DNA of 64,000 nucleotides from Tubulanus polymorphus (lineage: Eukaryota > Animalia > Nemertea). Every line of letters starts with the position of its first letter. Within the stretch, counting starts at the first letter, position 1. A model generated the notes under the pieces. The model ran no database searches and had not been told where the DNA came from. It saw only the letters and a list, made by a program, of their open reading frames with translations. The translations under genes and the position numbers were made by a program. Shown here one piece after another: positions 1-12,951 of the stretch. The stretch spans positions 13,392,001-13,456,000 of the forward strand of contig NC_134025.1 of NCBI RefSeq assembly GCF_964204645.1, in the 5' to 3' direction.

Positions 1-74
1 TATTAATGGAGACCACTCGCTGTCTATTGAAACAAGCACGAGATTTCTGCTACGTTTCTACTGAGCGAATCGAG
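1..74 (+). CDS. STARD9: STARD9-like START domain, internal exon (5'-truncated by the window edge)
   Basis: Frame from position 3 reads LMETTRCLLKQARDFCYVSTERIE, then a GTATGA donor at 75. Resembles the STARD9 START-domain segment LCALKQPRDFCCV (recalled). Confidence 0.75.
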
Positions 75-255
75 GTATGACACATTATCTTGATCGTATT
101 GTTTACAGTTTTTGCACTTATTAGAATTGTTTGAAGACGTTTCGATCAGTTGTTTTGATGAGTGGCATGTTATGTCGCGGCTTTTTTAAAGCTGACGGGC
201 GTTACAACCGGTGGGTAAAAACAACTAATACATACAATAAAATATGGCTGATACC

Positions 256-952
256 TTTTTAGCCCACTCGGGACTGTTCTTCTGTCCGTCCGTAGACAGA
301 ATCCAATAATGCTTCAACTGATTATCTTGATATTTGGTTTATAAATACATCTACCCTTAAACATCTGGGGCCCAAAAGATGGACCGAACGGATTCAAGAT
401 GGTTGAAGAAGTTTTGAAGACGCTTTGGTCAAATTTCTCGATGTTTCGTATGTGCATGTATCTCCCTATGGCCTTCGAAAGGAAATTGTGTCTATTGGAT
501 AGAAGATGGCCGTAGTGACATTTTTGGTGACTAAAAAGGTCATTCTTGGCTTCAATTCCGATACCTGTAGATTACTCAATGGTTCGCCATTTTTTTATCA
601 AAATTCATGATGGTTATACTTTGACAAAGGATCTTTAACATATCAGGACGGTTTATTGATCAATTGATATTTACGCATTTAGCGGACATCTTTAAAATTC
701 TCTTAAATCCTCACACATAGTGCAAAATTGTATCTCATGACATGCTGTATGGTTATGGTGAGTTTCGTGGTCATTGATTTCTGTTGATTTTCACCCGGAG
801 CATTAAATATTAGAATGTATATTTTTCAACTACAATCTATCACAAGATTTTAGCTCATTGCATGTTCTTTCATGGGACGTTGAATATAGAAATTGTTGAA
901 TTTTAATCAAGTAATTTCATCGAGTGAGCGTGGTCTCCTTCGACACTAGTTT
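256..952 (+). mobile_element. Non-autonomous Helentron-associated element (HINE/DINE-1-like) in a STARD9-like intron
   Basis: Starts TTTTTAGCCCACTCG, followed by a (GTCC)-type microsatellite (ctgtccgtccgt). Internal AAGATGG units; subterminal inverted copy CGAGTGAGC at 921-929; degenerate short hairpin and CTAGTTT end. Confidence 0.6.
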
Positions 953-983
953 CATATCAGGTAACCATTTTTATCATTTCTAG

Positions 984-1064
984 GATGGCGGAGTACATGT
1001 AGTAGCTGGCAGATCTGTTGAACATGCTAATTGCCTTCCGTCTGAAAAAATACCCAGACTAAAG
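984..1064 (+). CDS. STARD9: STARD9-like START domain exon
   Basis: tttctag acceptor; 81 nt, DGGVHVVAGRSVEHANCLPSEKIPRLK; GTATAT donor; phase 0-0. Typical START 'SV.H...P......R' segment. Confidence 0.8.
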
Positions 1065-1141
1065 GTATATTAAACTCTTGTCCAGCCTGTTGAAAATAGA
1101 ACTCATTCGATAACATGTTTTATTTATTCTTATTATTGTAG

Positions 1142-1216
1142 GCACATGCCAGTGGTTTTGTACTTGAACCATGCAAAGGAAATCCACGAAAAACAAAAGT
1201 TATCTATTTGCTGCAG
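1142..1216 (+). CDS. STARD9: STARD9-like START domain exon
   Basis: ttgtag acceptor; 75 nt, AHASGFVLEPCKGNPRKTKVIYLLQ; GTAATG donor; in frame with flanking exons. Confidence 0.85.
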
Positions 1217-1313
1217 GTAATGACTTTTTGAAATAATACTGGTTCAATCATGGCACCGTCGACTTTGAGACTTGTGAAGTTCAGTTGAAAAGTGTTTTTA
1301 TCTTATCTTTCAG

Positions 1314-1412
1314 GTTGACCTGGGAGATTTGCCGGAAACTATAGTAAAACTAGTTCTCAAGAAACAACCAATGGCAATTTCACGGCTCAGGAACCTAATC
1401 GAGAAAATCTGA
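1314..1412 (+). CDS. STARD9: STARD9-like START domain, terminal coding exon
   Basis: ctttcag acceptor; VDLGDLPETIVKLVLKKQPMAISRLRNLIEKI* (TGA 1410-1412). Matches the STARD9 C-terminus pattern KRQPLVIARL. AATAAA candidates lie downstream near 1736, 2360 and 2485. Confidence 0.8.
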   Translation, partial: VDLGDLPETIVKLVLKKQPMAISRLRNLIEKI

Positions 1413-2956
1413 TGTGTAACGCATACATAACAAACCTTTCAAACAGACGGTGCATAGATGATACCAATACATCGTGCAATTTCAAACTACCTGAATATAT
1501 TTCCCGACAAGACCACCAAATATTCGTCTCCGAAATGTGAGATGGCATTTTCGTGTGACTCATAAGTCTTGGAAATATATACGACTACACCCACTACCCA
1601 ACTCTGTATGATTGCTTGTACCAAAGATGGTAATGTGCATGTTAAATTTGATAAGCAGTACTCCCCTCATTGCTTTCTGATAAGTACGCCCCTGAAAAAA
1701 AAAGATAACTACGCCACAATCTTAGTTTATGAGAGAATAAACAATATCGTGTATGGGCCTAAGATTGTGGAATACCTTTAATCGACCTCTTGTGTTTGCC
1801 CCTGGTTCGTTGATAACCTCGAAAGTCTGTTGATTTTTGAAAGAAACACATTCATTAAGTAGAACATATTCAAAGTCCTTAAAAATAAGCGCCGAGTTCC
1901 GCAGTTGTTATTGTAAATTTTAAGCGCCAATATTGATGACGTAGTGCGCTTCGACACGCGCAGTTCCTCTTGAACTTGTTATCAATATCTGAGTGAAAAC
2001 GTGGTTACGGCGCCAAAAAGACCATTACTGTGATGGTACAACGATTTTAGTTAGAATGATGTGGATCAAGAAATGGAATATTTATATATTCGTGATTATT
2101 CTGTAAATTATTTCAACGTATCTGTATTGAAAAATGCAACATTTTAACCGTGTGTCTGTGTAATGTATAGGCTTTACCTTAGCTTATTGTTAATACCAAA
2201 ACTCAATTACCTCTGTAGAATAGAGGAATTATTGCACATTTCTTACGCCATTGTGTACATTTTGATATTTCTAGGGATTCAAATTTTCAAGTTCTTGTAA
2301 ATATCTTTATTTATTTGATTAGTTAGAACACGATATAGTGACAAGGAGTTTTTTAGTGCAATAAAACTGCTGCACAGACCTAATTTAATAATGCACTTGT
2401 TTTCAACGGCATCGTTCATTATAAACACGGTACAGTGTTATTCGGTGTAACTCTTATGAAAGGTACTATGGTCATACATATGTAAATAAATTGGATGTAA
2501 ATAGATAACTGTATATTATTTATATACAAAAAATACAATTGACTGTGATATTGTCTTTCTTAAAACACAAATGATAAAATATTTCATGACCATGCTTAGA
2601 GAAGCTGCATAAGGAATTTGTCTTTTTTACCAGATTGTAAGCTACATTTTGAAGAATACACTATTATTACTTAACAATGTTTTTGTAGTTTATTTTGAAC
2701 GATGAGGCCTTGGAAATACACACTACGTCAAAATGGATTCATGCATTTACATCATGAACGAGAACCAAGGTCTGAATTATGGTCAAATCCTAATACTATA
2801 CAAAATGTACAGATAAGTTTTAATGTTCAGATCGTCCAAGGTACCAAGATGAGCTGGTTCAACTCCAGAACAAGTAAAAGTCGGTCTGCGCAGGCTGAGT
2901 ACATAGCACTTTTTTTCTTCCGCGAATAGGGAAAATCAGCGGTGCGGTAGCCGACC

Positions 2957-3272
2957 TGTTTTACGTTTATTTGTCGACAATTCCGACGATTAAATATTGG
3001 GTGTGTTCATGGATTACCCTGATATAAAGTGGCTGGAATAGAGGATCGCGTGTGTCCGTAGATCAGCCAGTATAGATCCTTTTAGATAGTGGAATGGATT
3101 GAGGGGGCTGTCTCTCTACTCGAAATCTCCCCATCAACTTTTTTAAATCTTCGTAATTGTCAACAAGTAAAATAGGCAGGCTATCTAAATCGTAAGAATT
3201 GTCGACAAGTAAAATGGGTCGGCAAACTAGAATCGTCGGAATTGTCGACAAGTAATATATGACGGTAAAACA
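2957..3272. repeat. Small fold-back (MITE-like) element
   Basis: Perfect 21-bp inverted repeat TTGTCGACAATTCCGACGATT (2971-2991 vs 3231-3251), plus internal direct repeats of AATTGTC(G/A)ACAAGTAAAAT. Confidence 0.55.
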
Positions 3273-3914
3273 AACCAAACCACTCACTTCATTAAAGAAA
3301 ATCCTCCATGAGGGAACTATACTGACCAATTCTGGAATTGATTTCTTTATAAACATTATTACATAGAATGAAAAAACCTCGAAAGAATTTTGCGTTTATG
3401 CGTTTCGATCATATCATACGCAAGTAAAAACCATACCAATATGAACCCACTAGTGATGAGAAAAGTAGTACATTGTACATGTTCGTGTAATTATGTTTCG
3501 GCGGTTTTCAGTAGTCTATTGAGGAGTAGGATTGATTGGTCATGGATGAAAAAAACAAGCAAGGCCAGGTCTGAAGTATTCGATTTCATGAAATGATGCA
3601 ATTTAAGACAAAATATACTTTCTGTTTGAATTCATTTCATTTTACACAGTAGGCTAGGGCAAGCAATCTTGTTTTTTTCAAATAACACATTGAGTTGGCA
3701 GGGACATATGCTTCTGATTGCATTGTTTATTTTCTAGTCGGAATGATTTGTAAAGTTTCTGCTGAATAAGAATGAATCTAATCGATAGTCTTAAAAAATA
3801 TCAATTGTTATATCTGGACAGATAGCCAGAATATTTTGAAGTCCAGTATCTGGTAACATAGTGCGTAGATGTTGCACTTAATTTGAAATGGTGTGATTCG
3901 GTCAAGCTTATCAA

Positions 3915-5916
3915 GTTTACTCCGACACTCCACACATACCCGAGAATCCCGACGATCCTTGAACGGTGTTTCTATCAAATCGACGCAAATTAGTCTGACG
4001 CCGCCTCCATTCTCCGCGCATCAATGCCAGTATCTTTTTCATCAAAAATATCCACTGATACGCGCACAATGAATCATAGAAATTGAATTACGTTCAAATG
4101 AATTGATTTTTTAATGGATAACCCTAAAAGCTAAGACAACTTATTACCTCTAGTTTTAAACATCGCTGAATCTGACAGTCTAACCGTCGACCTGCTTCTG
4201 ACGGCATTTTCCGATTAAGGTACCGGTACAATGTGAGACGACGAGTGTCGGTATATCGTGTAAACATACGACCGAAATTACGAATAACGAATCATCTTTC
4301 TGTTCGCTTGCTGCCACTATATATGTCTTCTTTGGGTGCATTTTCTTTACTATGTATAACTACCAGACGTCCCAATTTTACCCATCAACCACAAGAGCCT
4401 GACACAAAATGTTATTGACCCCTAGTATCCTAGAGTACTACCTATACATAAAAAGACTTTTTATATAGTACCTTTGATGCTGGGTCAAACCTTTTGTTTC
4501 AGGCCCCTGTGATATAAACGATATTTGTCAACGATATTTACATTCAAGAATAGGGGACTAGGTTGTTTACACACCTAATATCAACCCGCCGTCCAAATAC
4601 ATACCCTCCACTATAATTTGCATTAATTACTACAACAGCCGACGATTTTTGTCAAAATAATAACCCCTCGATTAGAAACCACAACAACCCAACCTAATCT
4701 GTCAATGACAATGGAACCACAAATAAACGAACGAACACGGTCCGCCCTGATGTCACACTAATTACCACCGAAAACCGTCCGACTACCGTCATGTAAAGCG
4801 GGGTGTCCAGCGAGCGCAACGGAAAAGCCGCCAATGATACAATTTCAATCAGGGTTAGTTCTTTTGATAAATGGAAAACAACATTACGGTAACAAAAACA
4901 GACACAACACAAACAATGAAGAGACAACAAATAAGGGGGCACCTCCATATTTTCCCAATTCACATTCCCAACCAAACAAGGACTTGGTGTAGATATGACC
5001 CCCCCCCCCCCCCCATTTTCATGAAACAACCACAAACAAATCATCAATTACCAATTCATAACTGCTAATTATATTAAAGTACATAAAACACACAATCCTG
5101 AAATCATATGCATCAGATTAAATAAGCAATCAAACCTACGATACATTAGCACACACTCACTCTCACTCACAGTACACACTCACTCTCACAGTACATACTC
5201 ACTCTCATTCTCACTCTCACTCACAGTACATACTCTAACTCACACTTACATTACACGCTCACGCTCACTCACACTCACAGTACACTCTCGCTCACTCACA
5301 CTCACAGTACACACTCTCACTCACACACTCATAGTACACTCTCACTCGAACACCCTCACTCACTCACACTCACAGTACACACTCACACTCACTCATCGTT
5401 ACAGGCCTGTAGCAATGAGCAAAATGGTGTAGCGGCCATCGGACCATATAGACAGACGCCTTTTAGTAAGAAAAAAGCTAATTATTATACAATTAATAAA
5501 TCTAACTTTTTATTTGCATATTACATATAATATTCGTCTGATATACATGTATCATTAACTGTACAAGCACGCGCCGTAGAATTACAGCTACTACATGTAC
5601 ACACTCACTCTCTCACGCAGTACACACACACACTCACACTCAGACACTCAACCATCTTTGTTTTAATCTGTTCCACATTTATATAATCCACAAATTTCAT
5701 CCAAAAATGACATGATCAAATTGTCGTTGTCTGCCATTGTCTAATCACCAAGGCCGGTAGTTGAGCTGTTGAGGTGTAGAGCTGTAGAGTTGTCTGTCCC
5801 AAAGCCACGTTCTCTCTTTACATTTGCCAGTTGTGGGGTGTAGAGCTGTAGCGACCGTGAGACAAAAACGTGATCAGGTATTTTTCGGGATGTATGTGGG
5901 AGTGTTTAAGTTTCCA
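3915..5916. mobile_element. Possible ~2-kb decayed inverted-repeat element carrying CACT-rich simple repeats
   Basis: ACACTCCACACATACCCGAGAAT (~3924-3946) is an imperfect inverted match to ATTTTTCGGGATGTATGTGGGAGTGT (~5880-5905). No clean TSD seen. Confidence 0.3.
5150..5395. repeat. Low-complexity CACT/CACAGTACA minisatellite
   Basis: Reiterated ctcacact and cacagtacac motifs; a second patch at ~5599-5650. Confidence 0.85.
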
Positions 5917-6582
5917 TGAATCCCCGGGGGTGCGCCATTTATTTGTACGTATTTTCTACTGACGACCTTTTTTGACGTGCGCGGAAAATGAAACAGATGA
6001 GAAACAATCTATTATTGTTTGACAAAAAGAGTATACTTTGAGTAAATTCTGAAATTGACCATTGTGACGTTTGGTTTTATTTCATATTGTCCTTATTCGA
6101 GGCATTCTGAGTCTGTGAGTTTATAGCCCCACGAGGTAACTTGAGTTTGATTTTGATAATGCCAATAATCAGTCAAGGTGTTTAAATCAAATTTGGTTTC
6201 GAGTTATAGCAAATTAGAGGTCTACATATTTTAAATGTGAAACACTCATGAGTAAAGTTGAGTATCACCGGGATATTTCCCAGGGGGACTTTTGGGGATA
6301 CCGGGGAGATTTTTATCTGTTGCTGTTGGCTCCGATAACTGACTACACGCATCACGTAAACGTCAAATAACTTTCGAATACCTAGAATAACGACTGTGCG
6401 CAACGACTGTGCAACGACTGAGAAACACATGCCGTAATCATGTCTGAAAAAAGTGACAAACTAATGCAGCCAATGTCGAACGATGAAAAGCTGCCTAATC
6501 ATGTGGAATGAGGCCTATGTACATCGACAAATCAAAATTAAAAACAAAAAAGACTCAAGAGTCGATTTATAAAAGTGATTTT

Positions 6583-6858
6583 CAGTGGCGGATCCAGGGA
6601 GGGGGTAACGTGATTCGTGAATTTTGAGAACCCTTCTGAAAATTCCATCTCCAAAAATTCCGAACTGAATATTTTCTAAAGAAAAATTCAAATTAAGCTT
6701 GGAATCAATGAAAATAATAGACATTTTGTAGCGTCAATTAGCTGTTTAATGTTTATAGATCTAAAAATCACCGTGAAACGAAATCGTGGCGATGCTTGAA
6801 ATGGAAATAGGCCCTTCAAAAGTGGACAATCCCTTCCTTTATCCCTGGACCTGCCCTG
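6583..6858. mobile_element. hAT-type MITE (degenerate)
   Basis: CAGTGGCGGATCCAGG at the left end and CCTGGACCTGCCCTG at the right end; no intact 8-bp TSD. Confidence 0.45.
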
Positions 6859-7454
6859 GATAAAAAGTAAAAGTTTATTCAGTGCACTATATTCAGAAAG
6901 CAACACGTGAAAATAATGAAATATCCAAACAACATACTTGATTTGTGAGAAGCATACATTCTGCCATTGATTTATATCACACTTAATTCTAGATTAAAAT
7001 AATTTTTCCAAAGATGATACATGATCATCAAACAAAATACATGTCCAAGAGTTTATGGCGACAAAAGGATACGTGGTGAACACGTTGAAATCGGTAGAAT
7101 AACAAAATGCATGTACATTGTAAAGAGACGTACAAATTACTGTTGATGTAAGGAATATTTGTACAAAGGGCTAATTGACTATCCTGAGGCATAATAACAT
7201 TCACTACATTATATATAGTAGTCTAATGTTAATGAGATTTGTGTAGAACAAAACACCAGCCTCATAAGCTGGTTTCGCAGAGTGCAAATATACCATTCGA
7301 ATGAAATTGTTGGTGTTAGTTTTTTCTTTAGTACACCGGACAAAAAAGGAACGATATATTGTAATCAAACGTTGTGAGATTTTTTATAAGCAAGGTGGAA
7401 TGACACTGGTAGAAGCAACACAGGCCCCTGAATAATCCGTTAGCGCTCAGCGTA

Positions 7455-7583
7455 TCAGCTGCATTGACAGGGATTGTCACAGGTAACTTTATTTTTCCAT
7501 AGTGTCCTGAGATCATCTGGTCCAATATTAGCCAAGCTAAGAGTACCTTTCTTGCATAGGTCATCGCAGCTCCAGCTTTTGTC
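7455..7583 (-). CDS. B3GALNT2: B3GALNT2-like beta-1,3-N-acetylgalactosaminyltransferase, terminal coding exon
   Basis: attgtag acceptor; DKSWSCDDLCKKGTLSLANIGPDDLRTLWKNKVTCDNPCQCS*. Matches the B3GALNT2 C-terminal pattern D..W.C...C...LW..K..C..PC.C. Not in the ORF-track frame. Confidence 0.9.
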   Translation of the reverse strand, partial: DKSWSCDDLCKKGTLSLANIGPDDLRTLWKNKVTCDNPCQCS

Positions 7584-7767
7584 CTACAATTTTAACATAT
7601 CACGCAATGATAATTAACGAGATACCTCTGAAGCTGTTTGCACTAGAATTGTCAAGTGCTAAGCATGTTTAACAACTATTCTCAATTCGTCATTGAATAA
7701 ATCACAAATACTTCAATTTGGTAAAAATCTTACAAGTATACACTAAAAAAGGATTGAATATACTTAC

Positions 7768-7824
7768 GTCGATAACAGCGGGGTTAACTGCTGCCAACCA
7801 AATTCCAAGTGACGTATCTTCACC
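7768..7824 (-). CDS. B3GALNT2: B3GALNT2-like exon (GEDxSxGIW motif)
   Basis: 57 nt, GEDTSLGIWLAAVNPAVID; taag acceptor, GTAAGT donor; GT31 family EDV-type motif. Confidence 0.9.
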
Positions 7825-8871
7825 CTTAGTGAGAAATGCGAAATGGAAACATGTTAAAGGTTCAACAATGCTTTGTCTACGAAACATGATGTATACAAAA
7901 AGTGTTGTATTCAACCTAGGAGTAATTAGCTTGCCAATGTGATTACTCCAAGATTTAACATGGTCTGTGAAGGTTTTTTTTATATCTTAAGTTTATTTGC
8001 CACAAAAGCTGAGCGACCAGTTGTAGAGAGCTCCGTAACAAACTAAATCACACCCACTGCGGAGTCAGGTGGGGGACTGATCAGTTTAGAAAACAGAATA
8101 TTTTAAATTACAGGATAAAGAAACATAATATAGAAATCTCCAAGCTCCGCTTTAATAGATGTTAAGAAATCTTGCGGCCGAGGAGTATTCAAAACATTAA
8201 ATTTTCCTGTACAACATTTGAAGTTTGACGTTGGCCGAAGCTTGTTAGTATAAACTGTGAGGTAAGCTGGACGAATTGACGATCGATTGGTGAGTCCGAA
8301 ATCATAAGGTTAAACTCACAGGCAATATCTATTTAAAACTAATGACCTCTGCAGTGTGATTATCGAGTCCTATATCAAATTTCATGCATCGATCATAGCG
8401 AGGCTTGACCCGGCCTGACCTCGATGAGATATGACCTGAAATCGCCCATAAGCAGGAAGAAAATCTGAAATTGATTATTATCAAAATATCATATCTGATA
8501 TTGAAATATCATCTACTGCAGTCCAAAATGAATTTCCTAGATAAGCAGTTCCTAAGGTGATATGACCTGGTGAAAGTTAACTTTTTCACCCAAAAGGCGC
8601 TTGTATGAAGGTTTCTGTATCCTGCCGTATTGACACACCGGGCTAGATCTGTCATCGTCAATCCGTTACTTTTTAAACGATTCGATTCGATTATTTAACG
8701 TAGATTTCACGAGACATAAAAACTATTTTGAGGATGCAATTTATATGTCATGATTCGGCTACAAAAATAATACACGGTGTTCCTAATCAGCCACTATAGG
8801 TAAATTCACGATTCAACAATTAGTGATTCTCTGATTAAATACTCTTGGACAGAAATCCGATAGTCTCATAC

Positions 8872-9034
8872 CTGATAATCCATCATCAGATCATCGCTGT
8901 TATAATCCAACCATCGAACAATATCCTGACTTAATACGTGCCCGGAACCGCAAGCAAACGGGGGATAGGTAATTGACTTGTAATGGCGTTCAGCCCATTT
9001 ACCATACTGTTCAACAGCCCAGTCATAACGAAAC
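8872..9034 (-). CDS. B3GALNT2: B3GALNT2-like exon
   Basis: tttcag acceptor; FRYDWAVEQYGKWAERHYKSITYPPFACGSGHVLSQDIVRWLDYNSDDLMMDYQ; GTATGA donor; phases match neighbours. Confidence 0.92.
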
Positions 9035-9801
9035 CTGAAATAATCAATACATGTAGCAAGTGAGTAAATACCATCTTCCACGGATAAAATATGTGGCTAT
9101 GCGGTTATGTACGGGCTAAATATTTTCAGGACAGGTCAAGTATATCTTTGACGCACTCCCTTCGTCGGGAATGTGATCGACTCAAACCAAACACAAGATT
9201 TTTTCGTAATGTAATATCTATCGATTTTTATAATTTGATAGGAATCAGAAACACTTAAATGTGTCACGAGCGACAGGTGTCAGACGCGAACTATGATCCT
9301 GATGAAAATTAGACGAGAGTTATGATAAATGTAGCACGCTGGTTGACAAATATTGAACACGCTTGAAATAGCATTTCAATTCACATTAACTGCTACCAAG
9401 TGTAATCAGCAAGTTAACTTAAAAACATGCTCGATAAATGTTGGCTTTACACTTCACGGAGTGGTCTAGGGATATACTGGGAATTATTCATGATTGTGAA
9501 AACACGTAAATTGCAAACACGGCGTTTTTATCTGGCGTCAATGAATTTTTGTTTAAGCGCAAACATATCGTAATCAATTTAGTTAAACGATTATCGCTGA
9601 TAAATTGAAGCAACTCTTGATACACGAAAACGATGCTTCAAAAGTTTTATAGGTGTCTGAAAGCAAAGTGATTGTACAAAGAATTGTCAATTGGAAAACC
9701 GCTGAAACCATCACAGAAGACCTTTAATTTCCCTGATTTCAAGCAAGTTATGCTACGCATGTGAGTCTATTATCATACACTACCTATACACAAAGATTTA
9801 C

Positions 9802-9927
9802 CTGCTCCACCATACTTTTCTGAGATTTTTCTTCGCGAGCATTTTTAGATTTTTCAAAATACGGTCGACGTCTAAGTAACAGTCATCATCTGTTTTCAAA
9901 ATGTAAGGCACTTCACCCCTCAGTGTC
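9802..9927 (-). CDS. B3GALNT2: B3GALNT2-like exon with the DxD motif (KTDDDCY)
   Basis: tttacacag acceptor; TLRGEVPYILKTDDDCYLDVDRILKNLKMLAKKNLRKVWWS; GTAAAT donor. Confidence 0.92.
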
Positions 9928-10071
9928 CTGTGTAAACATTTCAAGAAAAAAATAAAAGTATATAGCCCGCTACTTGGCCTGCACAATATATCAATATGTA
10001 GATAAACAAAGAAAATTGGATATATACTAATGGGCTTCCATTAAAACCATAAGAAATTCTCTTGTTTTTAC

Positions 10072-10255
10072 CATTTGTAAAACTCAAGCAATTTCCTCGG
10101 CAGCGATCTGTATGTGTCTACGACATCGACAAACAGAAGATCTTTATTGGCATTAGCTTCGTTGCGCAAATACACAGTTTCGTTGAGTAGTTCGACTTCA
10201 CGTTCCATAAACCGACTGGCTCTGTCACCAAGATGTGCCTTCAATTCATCAACAG
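10072..10255 (-). CDS. B3GALNT2: B3GALNT2-like exon
   Basis: Poly-T cag acceptor; VDELKAHLGDRASRFMEREVELLNETVYLRNEANANKDLLFVDVVDTYRSLPRKLLEFYK(W); FVDVVDTYR motif. Confidence 0.9.
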
Positions 10256-11702
10256 CTGAAAAAAAAAAATGATGCACAAATCAAAGGTTCACTAACTCGT
10301 GTGTCTAGTGAACTAGGAACTATTGCCATAATGCGATAAAATACTGAAAAATTATTCCCCTTCAACATGAACATGAAGAGGACAAATCTTAGACGTTGGT
10401 AGAGAAGATAATGACACAATGGATTGAAATATCCAATCTGCTTCATTGCCATTTCAATCTCTGTATGTTTTCGAGGCTCGTATTTATATTTTTTTCGACA
10501 GAAGTAACTCTAGAAGAAATAATCTCCGAGATGGAAATGTAAAAAGACCACACTCGGAGAGATTATTGCGCACCCAGCAGTGATGAATGTTCAAATGTAA
10601 TCGGAGGAAACCACACCTTGCCAGAAAAAGTCCCTGAATCAATTTGAGATGCCTAGACAACGTTTTCCATGCTGCCGAAATATGGTCTAGTTACCACTGT
10701 CACGATCTCAGCTTGACTTATGTGTATTAAGACGGAACAGTTCCCATTTTTAGTAACTAAAGGCAACTTGATATTTTTGTTAATTCACAGCCTCCCATTT
10801 TGTATCTCATTGGATGATAAACATGATATATGTTATCATTTTCTGTCCATGATTTTCTTAGTCGCACAGCAGTTCATCACGAAAGTAACATGAACCTGAG
10901 TCTTTAATGCTTCACCCTGCGTTATATACATCATGATATACTACGAGGTACTGTGTGTAAATAAATTAGAAATGGTGTATGAGACACCATAAAAGGAAAC
11001 AAGAGACACGTTTGAAGTGAGAATATTTCAATTATTTCTACACATTTTAATCCCAAATCGTGCACGTTTTCATCACCCAAAGAAAAGCGCTCTTAGAAAT
11101 TGAGATAAACAGTTTTATATATCACCGACCGTGGAGAAAACCAAGGAGCAGAAAAAAATACCGGCTAGATAACTAGAAGCAAGAAAAACTTCGCTTGTTG
11201 AAACATGAGATATAGCTCAGTGTTCGGAACCTATCATTCACACAATGAATGCAGGGCATCACCAGGTAAATACATTCTACAAATACCTATTTTCGTGTTC
11301 TACCTGGCAATCAGGTAGAGTACTTGATTTATGGCAACCTTCGTGCAAAATGAATCCTTGTTTTCCCACACGCACACGATTACATATCGAAATGAATAAG
11401 GATTTGATTTTTAATTGGATCAGCAATTAAGAAAAGACGAATACGTATTGAAGGCATCTTCAAATGATCTTCAAAGTCAGGTCTACATTTCCATCACAAT
11501 CTGGGTTGCAGATACTGTCAGAATATACTGCACCCTTTATTATGAGTAATGGCTGACGTTTCTACGGAAGGTGACATACGAGACTTAATAAGTCAAATTC
11601 CAAAATAATAAGTCGAACTTAAACCAAAGTAAGTCAGAAATCATGAACAAATTATCTCATATGTCGCTAAAGGGCTTCCGTACGCATGCGATGTTTTCAT
11701 AC

Positions 11703-11775
11703 CATGAACTTTAAATGCAAATGATACCACAGGTTGGACGGCTGCTTCCCTTCGATTCAGTAATACATCCGATGG
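11703..11775 (-). CDS. B3GALNT2: B3GALNT2-like exon (divergent region)
   Basis: atttccag acceptor; PSDVLLNRREAAVQPVVSFAFKVH plus G; GTATGA donor. The phase-1 end joins correctly to the 10255 exon. Confidence 0.65.
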
Positions 11776-11905
11776 CTGGAAATATAAATCACCATTATCA
11801 ACGCCGATAATTGAGACTGAAAATCTCCCAAGGTACTCAAGATATCTATTTGAATCCGGGATTTCGACATTCTGTTTGAAATTGCTCACGTGAACTCGTT
11901 CGTAC

Positions 11906-12022
11906 CTTCAAAAAGGAAATTATATCGTTTGCAGAATTGAATTCGGAAGTTAAGCCGATGATAGAATATGATGTATTTATCTGGTTTTGATCATTCTTTA
12001 CCAGTATTGTGCCCTCGTAGTC
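11906..12022 (-). CDS. B3GALNT2: B3GALNT2-like exon (most 5' exon found)
   Basis: tttttcag acceptor; 117 nt, DYEGTILVKNDQNQINTSYSIIGLTSEFNSANDIISFLK; GTACGA donor. Resembles the SFEGTIVW exon of B3GALNT2. Confidence 0.65.
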
Positions 12023-12637
12023 CTGAAAAATAGAGTGAAATATAATGAAAAAATTTTGCCAATATAACTGTTGTTTCTAATTGTCAGTTTTGGATTGAAT
12101 AAGCACAATTGTCAATAGAATATTTTTCACAAGAGAATACATCATCAGAAAAAAATATTCATAAATGATATTTTTACAACGGACTGTTAGGTTTCAGAGA
12201 TATCAGGTGTAAGGACTGGGGCTCACTCAATCATACGGTATGGCACAATAATAGTACAACTGATCGGTGAAAACGAATGAAAATAAAACCTATGACCCAC
12301 AGTCGAAGTTGATTGATCAATACAGAAACTAGTCAAGCAGTATTATTGATTGATGGATGGCAACACATGCGAACAGCGGAATAACGAAAACGATGTTTTG
12401 ACAAAACACATGAAAAAATAACTTTTCCACAAATTGACATTTGTAGTCATCATCCCCTGCTGCGTAAGAAAAAAAATCACAGATGAGCGAACAAAACGAA
12501 GTAATCTTACGACTCGGAAAGATTTTGATTGATTCATGGCGAATTATATCATGCAAATACGTGTTTCAGGCCGCGTATACAAAAAATTACAAAACTTAAT
12601 TTTCAGCAAAACCATTATTGTCCGTATGGCTGATACG

Positions 12638-12951
12638 TATGGTGGCTGATTCGGGACATATAAAACTTGTTTTTGTCCTCCACGAAAACGCGCAAAAACA
12701 AATCTGACCGCGCAAATGCAAATATTACCGCGCAAAAACAAACTTTTAACGCGCAAAAACGAAATAATCCGAAAGTTTGTTTTTGCGTGCGCGCAAAAAC
12801 AAATATTACCGCGCAAAGACAAACTTTTAACGCGCAAAAACGAAATAATCCGTTTTTGCGCTCGAAGTTAGTTTTTGCGCGGTCAGATTTGTTTTTGCGC
12901 GTTTTCGTGGAGGACAAAAAAAGTTTTTCATGTCCGGAATCAGCCACCATA
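12638..12951. mobile_element. Non-autonomous IS3EU-like TIR element
   Basis: Termini TATGGTGGCTGATTC...GAATCAGCCACCATA with ~75-bp imperfect TIRs and a 6-bp TSD GATACG (12632-12637 / 12952-12957). A ~52-bp internal repeat occurs twice. A related end fragment lies at ~12970-13100. Confidence 0.7.

Noticed and set aside
11641-11889. 82-aa ORF as a single B3GALNT2 exon
   Set aside because: Splice signals and phase fit better with two exons (11906-12022 and 11703-11775); the rest of the ORF is intron read-through.
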